Positions 25,001 to 36,800 of a stretch of 64,000 bases of DNA are shown here, one piece after another. The position numbers and the translations under genes are program-made. Within the stretch, counting starts at the first letter, position 1, and each line of letters opens with the position of its first letter. The DNA lies in contig JBEWZL010000208.1 of NCBI GenBank assembly GCA_045837725.1, positions 124,001 to 188,000 on the forward strand, written 5' to 3'. This stretch comes from Vermamoeba vermiformis. Lineage: Eukaryota. The notes beneath the pieces are model-generated. The model did no database searches. It saw only the letters and a list, made by a program, of their open reading frames with translations, and was not told where the DNA came from.

Positions 25001-26343
25001 AGCGCTCATTAGCTAATGTCCTTAACATAGCTCGGGTAACACAAGGTTTGAGGCAAAAATTGTACATACCTTGGGCACCACTTGTTCGTAAGTCATAAGC
25101 AGTACGTTGTCAAAGGCACCTGAGATCCATTGAATAATCTTGTCGGAGTCCTCGGGATGAATGTAAGTCAAAACACATTCCGCAAAGATGAGGGTCGGCT
25201 TCTTCCAGTCAATGTTGCAGAACTTAAGTTTCTTCTCTAATGTTGCTATATCTCGCAAATCGCCCTTGAATAAGTGATAGCCGCGTCTGTGAATCTCATC
25301 ATCGGTCGAATACATTTTCAGTTGTTTTTCTAAGTTAACGACGAGGTCTTCGAGTCGTGCTTTGTCACGGTTTAGTTGCCATAGGGCTGCTATTTCTTCA
25401 GACGATAATTCCACTTGTTTTTTGTCACCTTCACCGTTTACTTTTGCCTCGCTATTGTTGGATTGGACAGGTGTTTTGTCTTGGATATTTTGCTTGACGA
25501 GCTGAAGCTTCTCTTTCGTGTCGTTCAATTGCTGTGTCAATTCTTGAATCCACTCTGCGTGTTCTCTATTTTCAATGACTTCCTATTGTGTAATAATTAT
25601 GTTAGTATTAGGTTTCAGAGGCTGTTTAGAACCGCCACGTGCCTTGTCTAAGAGGGAGTGAAGCATGTCATTTTCCATAATTGTCTTAGTCTTTCGACCG
25701 ACGACGCCTTCAAAGTCAACCTAGGTATTTAAATTAATTATGGAATCCATATTAATCGCAAATTAAATTGTAATTTTCAAATAATTTTTCTATATTTTTC
25801 GCTGACCACGCCACGTCGTAAAATATGTATTACCTCATAATACGAGTGTAAAAAGTTGTTAAATATTTTTAAGTCGCCCTTTAATATCCAATACGAGGTG
25901 TCAAAGCCTGAAATTGCAAAAAGACGCGTTAGATCTCGCGGTTTATTTTTAACTTGGTTATTACCTGCTCCAAGGGAAATGATTTGCTTCGGATAATTCG
26001 GGTTCTTCGTTAAAAATTGTCTGTTTAAATTAGAATACTGTTGTAAACAAGTTGGCACGTGCGATCCACCGATCTTACCTAAGAATATCTCTAATAACTT
26101 TACACCGAATATAGTATCCTCTGTTAATCAAAGGTGAACGCCTTGGAGGCTTTGTTACAAAATTTCTTAAATATTCGTCTTGGAAGTAGCCAAATCTAGC
26201 TGCCGAACCTGGATCGCGAGTAGAGCATTAGCCATACACGAAGCCATATGTAATATAATAATATCAATGTACGCACGTTTGCTAACAATGCTGTCATCGT
26301 TCGTTTGCTGCACAGACTCGGGGATCTGGTTCTCTTGCTCCAT
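22029..26343 (-). CDS. TYW4: tRNA wybutosine-synthesizing protein 4 (LCM methyltransferase + Kelch) fused to a TYW5-like JmjC hydroxylase
   Basis: LCM motifs VQQTNDDSIVSK, RSPLINRGY, QIISLGAGFDT, PTLIFAECVL and EDFDEYEEW. Kelch motifs RWGHSA, RMFHAA, PRWRHS and PRFSHTA. JmjC motifs MWTHYDVMDN and LYIPACWWHNV. Confidence 0.9.
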
Positions 26344-26667
26344 CCGCGAGTGTTTAGACTTAGCGGCACTAAATTTTGTTGAGCGAGTAGTGTCGCTGCT
26401 ATGTGATGTATCTGTACAACATGGTGGCCACGTGTGGACCATTTTTGGATTTTGGGCATTTTTTCTTCGGAGCATTTTGGCTGAAATTCTGCAATCGATG
26501 AAAGAAGCAAAATTTAGCGGCCAGAAAAAAGGTAGAATTTGAACACAAAGGGACTCAACAGGAAGAGGAACAATACTCTGACGTGTAATTAAAGTCCCAC
26601 TCTTGTTGCAACCACAGTTCATTTGCAATAAGATCTAGTTAGTAGGTAGTTTACGGCACTAGCGGAC

Positions 26668-29600
26668 ATGGAACAAATACAAGGCGCGCTTATCGAATTA
26701 GTGGCATTATTGCAAAAATTATCACCGAGTCAGCTTCGCGGATTATGCCACTTTCTTAACCCTCGCAATCCAACGGATATCAATTTCTCCCTTATCAACG
26801 ACCTTATTCAACGAAGCTCCCCTCAACAATTAGAGCAATTAATTCAAGCATCATCGAAATTACTACATTTGGACCAACAAGGGGGAGAGGATAAAGAGAA
26901 GAATGAGCTGCAACAGTTTGCGCAGATTTATCACCTTCATCTGCTAAAGCGATTGCTGGCGGATCTGAATCAAATGCAATGGATGAAATTATTCGATTTA
27001 TTAGTGGTAGCCCCTGGCACGCAGCAAGTCGAGCAGCTTCAAGTACTAGGCGAGATTCAGCAATTATTGGCTCAAATACATCCTGAAACTTTGCAAGCCC
27101 TTCGCAGCGAGCTTGAAGATATGCTGAAGAATAACCCACAATCGAATGGTAATTGTTATATTAACATGCAAACGAGAAAATCAAAACAAAAAACCACATG
27201 CGAAAAATCTGCCGAAGCTTGCCAATAGCTTTTGGATGACTTTATTTAACCACGATATAATATATATTTTTTTCAGTATATTTCCATATATTTTGCGGCT
27301 CTACAAAATGAAATAACTGATTTATTTTTTTTTAGTGCTCGAGGCTTTAGAAACAGCCATCCAGCTCCCCGACGACCATTTTTATCTATATCAACCACTC
27401 AGCCTTCTTTTACAAACACCGCAAATGGAGGATTTGTTGCATTTGCAAGAAGTGATACCGAGATGGGAACCCATACAGTTAATCCAGGTTACACGCCTTT
27501 CCGATATTGGAATGTTCGATACCATTAACCTCAAGGAGCTTTTGTGCGGAAAAGAACTGCACAATAACAATAACCAGATGGAGTAAGTAACTTTAGAGAA
27601 CAAATTATCTTTGTTTGCAAGATGCGATTTTACGCAGTCTACCCGTTAATTTAATTCACACCCAAAGCTCGAAATTTCTCTTTTGTGATTCTGTTCAGAG
27701 CTCTCGCTCCGATTCACGGATATCCGCAACTAACAGCGTTTTTAGCTTGGAGGAAGGCGACGAAGGCGACGACGCAGAACCACCACAGTAAGTTTTTTTG
27801 AATTTATTTGCTGCCTATTCCTATTAGTTTGTTCGGTGAATCACACGCTATCTCGTTGTTCATCGATTACAAAACCAATATTCCGATTTTTTTCCGACCC
27901 GCATTTCCTTTTATGACTCATCGCAGCACAACGAAAAATTTAAGCAAAGATCATTCGCATATTATTCTAGGATATTAAAATCGTTTGGACTACCTCCAAA
28001 AATGGCGCATCTTTTACGGACTAATATCCTTTGATCAATATCTGACCTGTTTCTGTAGCACGCTCCAGCTTCAATTCATTGACCAACCCCCCGAGAAATG
28101 CGTGTACAAGCGCAACGTTAAGCCTCCACCAGTACTTATGGTATCAGGCGAGCAAGGCCCGAACGATGGCAACCTCTACATTATCGTCAATCTTATTCGG
28201 TGCGATACGTTCCAAGAGGCCCCCACGCTGCTCACCGGAAACAAGCCCGTCAAGTAAGTTTTTCTAATTTGGTTCCAAAACGCTTGAATTTCCTTTTCTG
28301 GCATGAGATTATAAAAGACAGGATTCAATCAGAATCACATATGTACCGGAAAAATTTCAGATAATAGTATCTTGCCTGCGCTGAGTGCGTGTTTATCGTG
28401 ACTAACGAAAACTTTGTAGGGTCACGGCAAACAGGGTTATTCCTTTCAAGAAGTTGAAGATTATGTCTACTTCCCACCAATTGAACGAGACACTGTTTAG
28501 CTTACGATTTGAGCTGAGGAGATATAACGGAGACGAGTACGAGACACTGCACACGATAACTTCCGATCCTATTTGCGTCCTTTCGCACTCGACCCAATTA
28601 AAACAAAGTAAGTAGATCTGAAGTGGGACTCAACCGTCCCGTCCTGTTCGTACATTTTTGAATCATAGCATTGAACATTTTATTTAACTTGTCATACTAA
28701 TTGTTCTTTAAAAATAGCAAACAAAGATTTGCCGATGGTGGCCGAAGTGATCCCGGTTAGCGGACCTCCATCTGGCTACACCCGCGTGGTTGTCTTAGGA
28801 GCTAATTTTGCTGACAGTCCCACTACGCGAGTGAAGTTTGATGATATTGAAGTGATGCCAATATTCCACGGTCCCAAGACGTTGATCTGCCACACCCCGA
28901 AGCACGAGCCTGGCACCGTGAAGGTGACTGTCTGTAACGATGCCAAGAAGTAAGTGTCCCTTTTATGGTATTTATGACGATGACGTGCGACTAACCTCGT
29001 ATTTGCAGATGGAGCGACACTGCTGGAACATTCACTTACGACGCAGCGATTGAGCAGGAACAGGACCAAGAGGCCGTTAGCCTTGATCAACAATTCAAGT
29101 TAAATATTGGTAAGTTGTTAACTTTTAGTTACTATGACGAGTGCTAACAGTTTTATAGCCGACAGCATTTGGGAGGCAGCTTTCGAGGGAGGCTTTGACT
29201 CCATCCGGATCTTAACCCAACCCGAGAAGTCGAACGAATCAAATACCAATGTTGATTTGCCTGATGACCGAGGGTACACCGCTCTGCACTACAGTGCCGC
29301 CCATGGTTACGACGATATCACCGGATTGTTGCTTGAACGTCACGCACGCTTCGATCTGACCGACCCTCGTCAAGGCAATACTGCCATACACTGGGCTGCT
29401 CAAAATGGCCATAAAACAACCGTCGAACTCCTTCTCAAGCACGAACAAAATCTCTTGTTGCAGTACCTAAGAGCCGTCCGTCGAAGCCAACGTTCAGCAT
29501 GCCGTTTCAACAGCGTGGTGAACTTCCAGAACTACGATGGCAACTCTCCCTTGCACTTAGCTGTGGTGGAAGGCCAGTTTGACATTGTCAAAACGTTGGT

Positions 29601-30366
29601 CACTGCCGGAGCTAACGTGAACTTGCCTAATTTGGACGGACTTTCCCCTCTCCACGCCGCTGTTCAAGCCGGCCGTGTGGATATTGCTCGATTTTTGATC
29701 CTCAACGGAGCTTTCGTCAATCAACAAGACATCGAAGGGGATACCCCAATGCACTGGGCCGTTCGTCATGGTCAATACCAGATGCTGAATCTTCTGTTGG
29801 ATCAAGGTGCCGGATTCGACATTAAGAACAGCGATGCAGAGACTCCTCTTCTGCTAGCTGCTTCTATTAACGAAGAGAGCTTGATGCGTCTTCTCGTTTC
29901 AAAGGTAAGCTTGTCTCTTAATTTTAATTAACCGGCATTCACTTAACGACCTTATCAATTTAGGGCGCAAATGTTGAAGCTCAAGATAAGCTTGGCCTCA
30001 ATGCCTTGCACTGGGCTGCTATGCTGGAAAACGAGAGTATGGCCAAGTTGCTGCTGGAGACCTCAACGAAAAAGCGCCAATTTGTTTTGGATCAAGACAA
30101 GTCTGGTTTGTCTGCGCTTAGCCTTGCTTACGTAAGTGTTCTATCCCACGAACAATGTATATTTGAATGGTCGACTCACCTCTCTGTGTCAACAGATGTA
30201 CGGCAATCAAAGGATAATTTCCGCGTTCCTTGAGGTAGTTGGCAAGCCTGCTATTGACGTTGTTGCGAGTAAAGAAGACGAGTCGTGTCGTTCGACAATG
30301 ATGCACAAGTATCACATGCTCGCAGCGAACAATGGCATGCAGCTGGTAACACCAATGTACCATTAA
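26668..30366 (+). CDS. CudA-like transcription factor with IPT/TIG domain and ankyrin repeats
   Basis: LQFIDQPPEKCVYKRNVKPPP...FKKLKIMSTSHQ...ICVLSHSTQL resembles the CudA DNA-binding core. VIPVSGPPSGYTRVVVLGANF..VKF..LICHTPKH is IPT/TIG. There are 6 or more ankyrin repeats (GYTALH, GNTAIH, GNSPLH, GLSPLH, GDTPMH). Confidence 0.78.
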
Positions 30367-30579
30367 TATTATTTATCAATAACCTCTGTAAAATTTCATC
30401 CTCCTCCCTCGGCCAACGACTCCCACGAGAGATTTCATGTGCCCTCTTGTAAATAAAAGAGCCCAAGTTTTGTGTTAATTGTGTTCTGTCAATTTTGTCG
30501 TTGCTGTGTCAGCTCTTTTTTTCGCGGTTTTTTTATTTTCAATATTGTAATGATCGCTGCATCATGTTAGGCGAGCTCT

Positions 30580-31887
30580 ATGGATTTATTATGTAATCTG
30601 GAGCTGCCCAATGATATTTGGAGAGAAATATTTTCGTTGATCAGCTGTCTCGAGACGCTTGTCCTTCTGCAGCGTGCTTGCAAATTATTTAGGCGTGAAA
30701 TCAATTTAAAAGAAGCGCACAAACTGTTTGAAGATACGAATATGTCGCCAGGTAATTTTACTATTTAATTTTGCAATATAAACTTTCAGATCAAGTTAAC
30801 ACGCTTAACTTCATCGTAAACGCACGCATATATTTCGATATATTTAATACATATATCGTTTAGAAATAATGTTAAGATTTTCTCGACGCAAGAAGTATCA
30901 CGCGACCCATCTACAAGTCAGACAACAGTATGTCCTTACTACAGCGGCTCTAAGGCATAACATAATTCTTTCTAACTATGCTCTATTGCCAAAGCTTCAA
31001 GCATATTAACGGAGCGGAGGATCCAAACATTCCCAAGTTCAAAATTGTTGTAGTCGGTCCAAAGCACTCAGGCAAATCTTCGTTATGCCAAACATTTCTT
31101 GTACGTTGTATTTTGATTCACATTCGTGCTAATTCTATTGTTTTAGTACCAGCATTTTGACCCGGTAGTTCGTTATGACACCTTTGTAAGAGTTGACGTG
31201 CGCAAGGTTGGACGGATTAATAATTGATTTTCAAGGCAACCAGAAGACTCAAGTCGGAGGCTATTGTATCAGAATTAGATATGGTACGTTCCACATGGTA
31301 CACGATGAGACGTGCTAACACGATTTTGTAGTGGGACACAGCAGGAGTACGTAACAATGTCGGACTTGGTAAATGTCAGTTTACTGACTATTTATCAGCA
31401 TGAGAAGTACTCGGAGGCTATAGCAAATTCATATTATCGCGAGGCATCTGCCGTTCTAATATGTTTCAGTCTAATCGATCGAAACACGTTCATTCAAGCG
31501 TTGGATCTGTTCGTGAAACACTGTCTCAAGTACGAGAATCTGTTAACAAATACGGTTTTCTATCTTATTGGCAACAAATCTGACTTGGAGAGTGATCGCC
31601 AAGTTCGCAAGTGCGAAATAGAGGTAAATTCCTCATCGATGGTAATCAGCCAAAACTAATCTGCTAATCCAGTGGGCATCTACCGTATTAAAAATGAAGT
31701 ATTTCGAGTTAGCAGCTACAAATGTTGGCGTTGTAACATCAGCGTTTAGAAAAATTGCTGAAGAGTTATTGCAAGTTGCTTGGTAAGTCGTTGGATCCAA
31801 CTGTTTGACAACGTAGCTTACCTTCATAACAGCTGCACTACGAATCCGCCAAGCATTTCAAGCTCACGGTGGTGTTCATTGATGTAA
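30580..31887 (+). CDS. F-box plus Ras/Rab-like small GTPase fusion with a C-terminal CAAX motif
   Basis: F-box LPNDIWREIFSLI..L..LQRACKLF. G1 VVVGPKHSGKSS, G3 WDTAGHE, G4 GNKSD, G5-like ELAA. The protein ends RWCSLM*. Confidence 0.78.
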
Positions 31888-31988
31888 TTTGGATGCTTAC
31901 CTTCAATGGCCTGTTTTTCACCACGTGCCTTTCAGTGAAAAACAGGCAGCTTTAATCCAAATAGTAATAGTAACAACACCACAACCCA

Positions 31989-33284
31989 ATGTCCTACGCA
32001 AATTTGAGCAATATGAACGCTGCTCCTAGCAACGAAATGCAAGGCGCTTATGAAGTCTCCTCTGCAATGCTTCGTGATCGGATGAAAAACGAAGATCAAG
32101 GTGAAGAAAATCTTAAAATTCTGGATCAAATGGTTGCCGAAGATATTATCGTAGTTCCTGGTACTTATGATCATATCCACAACGTTTTATCTGCGTTGAA
32201 AGTAAGTCTTTAATTTTAGTACGAAATTTCTACAACCGTAGAATTCTGATCTATCGATTCACTTTCTATTGAAATCAAAACAAATTATGAATTCATTCTA
32301 GTTTAATTTGTTTACCTCTACAAAATTTGAATAATTAATATTAAATTCCATGACGTAGATGCCATTTAAAATCGTAGACGCAAAGCAGATTCCGCACACA
32401 ACTTTCCGCCCAGATCAAACCGTTTACGTTAATTGCGCTAGCCACTTCCCTTCAGAGGTAATGACCTATATATTATGCGTGCGCGAAGCGTAAGCTGATT
32501 CACGTATCCACATCTCTCAGGCGGCCATCAAATTGTCTGGCTTTGTCGAAGCTGGCGGCATGTTGATCACTACTGATTGGGCCTTGAAGAACGTGCTCGA
32601 AGTGGGATTCCCTGGCACTGTCAAGTACAATAACATATCCACTCCCGATTGCGTAGTATGTATTTGGACGCAAGTTCTTCGTCTTCTTTGGCACGTGATC
32701 TAAATTTCACTTGTAGGTCGGTATTGAGCTTATTGACAAAGAAGATGAAGTAGTGAAGGGCTTTATGGACGAGGATAAAGAAGCTAAACCCCAATGGTAC
32801 GTGATGATTGTCTTCAGAACCCACGGATCTGATATTAATCTACCTGTAGGTGGTTGGAATCATCGAGTTATCCTATTGAAATCCTTGATCACGAACGAGT
32901 TAAAGTGCTAGTGAGATCTGAAGAGTTAGGAAAGCAATACGGAGCTGATCCAGTCATTGTGCGCATCACTTGGGGCAAGGGTGTGGTGTATCATATGATC
33001 TCGCATTTCTATTTGCAAAGATCCGAGACCAAGTAAGTTATGATACGAACGTATAGTGGCCGTCGGGCTTAATTAATTGGACCTATTTTAGGAATATGAA
33101 GCAAACTACCAACGCGGCAAATTACATGCAAACTAAAGGTGTTAGCATGGCTACGATCAGTGAAGTTAATTCCAATGCTAATTATGCCAACTTGAATTAC
33201 GCGCAAGTGCAATCAGCTTACACTTCGACTGACTTTGTCTCGCGTGCCGCCATCAAACAAAAGAAGAAATTCCAGCAACAATAA
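31989..33284 (+). CDS. Conserved hypothetical protein, possibly class I glutamine-amidotransferase-like fold
   Basis: Six phase-compatible introns. Motifs IIVVPGTYDHI, VYVNCAS, FVEAGGMLITTDWAL, WWLESSSYPI and GKGVVYHMISHFYLQ. Confidence 0.7.
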
Positions 33285-33360
33285 TTTTGTTTTGGTTTTT
33301 TGTCGCTTGTTTTATTAGTATTATTAAAGAGAATGCATTTAACCATTATACGGTATACGT

Positions 33361-33670
33361 AACCAAAGAAAAGAAAAGAAAGAAACCCGCAGGAAAGAAA
33401 AACAGGCACCGGGGGGGGGGAGGAAAAGAGGGGGGAGTCGGCGAAAAACATAGAGATAGAGAGAAGTTTGGGGACGAAAATCAGGGAGAGGTGAGGGGGG
33501 GGGGGCAAAAAGAAAGGAGGGATCTGGCAGCTGAAGGGGCGAGGGGGAGGGAGGAAGCGCGCGTACCGGGGCCGCCACAGAGAGCAAAAGATGTCCGGCC
33601 GGGAGTCCCTGCGGCAGGCGGGAGGGGGGGAAGGGGGGAGAAAAAGGGCGAGGCAAAAGGGGGGGGAAGT
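33361..33670. repeat. Purine-rich, G-run-rich low-complexity island
   Basis: The plus strand is dominated by A and G with many G5-G10 runs and very few T, unlike any other intergenic DNA in the window. Confidence 0.75.
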
Positions 33671-33877
33671 TTTGGCCCTAGTGCACTCTGATACCTTTAC
33701 AACTGGCTCGAAGGACATAGACGAAGAAGTCAATTCTTGGAAATTCGTGTTTGGCTTTGAAAAGTTGTGAACTATTCGCCTTGCCGTGGCCGCCAGAGAG
33801 TTGGCGTTAAATAAACTAAAATTCGTATTGCCTCCCACGCCAAAAGAATCTTTTTTGCTATCGAATTTACGATTTTA

Positions 33878-36800
33878 ATGTCAAACAGAAAAACAGGCAA
33901 ACGAAGACTTGCAGATGAGGCAGATCCAAATCTACGCCCAGCCAAACGAGCAAAATGGGAAACAAAAAATCAACTTCATGACTTGCCTGATGAATTGATC
34001 ATCAACATATTGGGATACTTGCCAACCGCACGGCTTCGTACGATCTCTTGCAAAAATATTCTTTTAACTGTTTGGAATTTAATAATAATTATTGTATTAA
34101 TTATCGTCTATTAAATGCGTTTGAAAAATTTTTATTAAATATTCGAATTAATTATTAATTGCCTGTATTTTAGTGACTGCAACGCTCGTGTGCAAACGCT
34201 GGCGTGATCAATTAACCAAGCAGGAATTTTGGAGAATGAAGGCATCAAAAACCTGGAGCACTTTGTTGCCCGACACTTTTAGGCATGACGAATCCGGATC
34301 TGTTCAGATTGATCGCGCTGAGCATTTGATCCCCTTGCTAAACAGTACGATAAAAGTACAATGCTCGATAAATTAATTCTAATTTTCAATATTTATAGTT
34401 GGTAAGAAGCAAGTAGTTGATTGGCGGCGCTACTTCAAGATCCGGCAAGTTTTGACTCAGCGATTAATTCTGCTGCAAATTCGCTAATCTCATATTTAGG
34501 ATGCTACTCGACCGCATAAGAGGTTTCAATAGTTTGTATAAAGTTACAGATAGCTCTTCCAGTAGCTCCGAGGAGGACAGTGAAGAGGAAGTCGTCAACA
34601 TCGATGAAAGTTCGTCAACGAGTGCTTCGAGTGACAGTAGTTCGGCTGATAGTGGCTCAGTAACAACGTCCAGTAGCTCTTCAAGTAGCTGGTCAAGTAG
34701 TTCTTCAAGTAGCTCATCAAGATGGTCATTTAGTTCTTCGAGTAGTTCTTCCAGCAGCTCATCAAGCTCTTCCGAAAGTAGTGTCAGTGAATCGAGTCAA
34801 GTGCCAAGCGTCAGTTCGTCTAGTTCGTCAAGTTCGTTGGATAGCTCATTGCCGTTTAGCCCTTCACAAGTAAGTTTACCTTTGATTGTCGACGAAACTG
34901 AACGCTTCGTAGAGCACCGATGATTTTTCACCCAAATCCATTGTCAGTGTCCTCAGTGAAACACCATATGCGATGAACGGACTTGGTGGAGTCAAAGATA
35001 CCACCCTCGCAATGATTTTTGAAGTGCTTCCTTTGTTGGTGGAGGCTAATCATGGCGAACTAGCAGAGCAAGCCGCTAAATTTCTCAAAACCCGCGTCGA
35101 ATCTTTAGAAAACCGTCTCGATTCCTTAGAATAGTATGTGAAATTTTATTCCCAGGTCACTACCTAATTTGTTTTTTAGCTATGCGTTGAAGTATCTCGA
35201 AGCTAGTCAAGTCATGCGGCAATTTCCGAAAATCTCGTACTCCCTCTTCAAAAGATCTCGTTTGCTATTTTCTAAAGTTCAAACGTGGAGCAAGTGGTCA
35301 GACTCTGTGTTCAAGAAACTCTTGCAACACATGCTCGACTTTACCAAGGTCCTAGACAAAGACACTCCAGTCCAAGCTTCTTTTAGCGGAAGTTGGTTAA
35401 AAAATCCGGCGAACTTCAATTTGCTGAACGAGGAAGATGAAGTTTTTCAAAAGCATGACTTTGCTCAGTTCCGCTATCCAATTTTAGAAATCAAACAAAA
35501 AGCTCCTTACATCAAAGAACCAATCACAAGTTTCCTGCCTGAGTCAAAAGCTTCTCGTACGTTTTAAATCTGAAGTCTTGACACTAACTAATGTTGTTTA
35601 GATTACCGTGGGACATTGGCCGATTTCATCGTTGAAGCTTACAACAGCTCAGATAGCCCGGTAACGAAGGCTATGGCTCTTGCCTTATCCGATGTATCAT
35701 TGTCTACAACGTCTAGTTTTTGCTCGAAGTTGGTCAAGTACGTAGCGGCTGCATCAACGGCAAGTTTTTAATATGTAAACTTGTAGGACTGCACTTGACG
35801 CTACAAGGCACCAAAGTGAAGAAGTGGCCATCGCTGGTTACACATTTTTATGGAAATTTGCACTCGGAATTGGTTTATTGGAGAACGACCTTAAGAAAGT
35901 GATTTTTGACGTCGCTCTCAAGGGCATGAAACGATTTCCCTCTTCATCGTAAGTCTAGTTTCACCATTTCAGCGTCGATTCATTCGTTCATTAATTACAT
36001 GCTGTAAGGTTGTATGCGATTGACATTATTGTGAAGATTTTGGGTGACACAAATGGTGGTGCTCTAATCACCGATAGAAAGTTCGAGAGAATGAATAAGC
36101 GAATACTCAAGCTGTTGAAGTCAAAGCCCGATCACGTACTTAATGCTTATGCTATGGAAACAAAAGTCCATGCAGAACTGTGGCGATTAGGAGAAGTATT
36201 TGGTGATAGACTCGTCAAGGCAAGTGTTTGCAAGAGACACAATTTGAATTAACACTAATTGATATTGTAGCATTTGCCTGCGTACAAGGAAGTTATATTA
36301 GGTTTGCCATTTTCATCGTCGCTTAAGATTACTGAGTATATGCTACAACAGTACATTCGACTTGGTGCGGCTAATATCCAATCAATAATGAAAATTCTGA
36401 CCATGTTACCAGGTTACGCATGTCAAGGTGAACTATTCAAAGCTGAAGCAGAAAGCTACACAACTCATATTTTGAATAACCGACAACTGTATCGAGTCCG
36501 TGACCCGCAGTTTTATGCGATGTTCAGCACGGAATTATATCGTTCCAATCAAGGCAACGAAGAGGAAGTTAAGGTTATTACAACCAATTTATTGAGCGTC
36601 TACGACAAGGATATGCTTGGATGGGGCGTTAGTAACGTTATTGTGGATTGGGATAAGAACGTCTATGATTTCCTGTACGTGCCGTGGAATGCTGGGCAGT
36701 TCAAAGCACTGCAAAAGTACAAAAGAAAACTCAATGGAAAGTTTAGTATTCCGGAATTTTTCAAGAGCCCTTACCGAGGACTTGACGTAGTCAAATCTGA

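Noticed and set aside
26167-26628. 153-aa minus ORF suggesting a longer TYW4 N-terminus
   Set aside because: It opens at a non-ATG codon; LCM similarity begins at MEQENQ (26343) and the upstream part is the divergent promoter region.
33218-33838. ORFs of 206, 134 and 105 aa over the G-rich island
   Set aside because: They are by-products of low-complexity sequence lacking stop codons (poly-Pro/Phe or Gly/Arg/Glu translations) with no domain signal.
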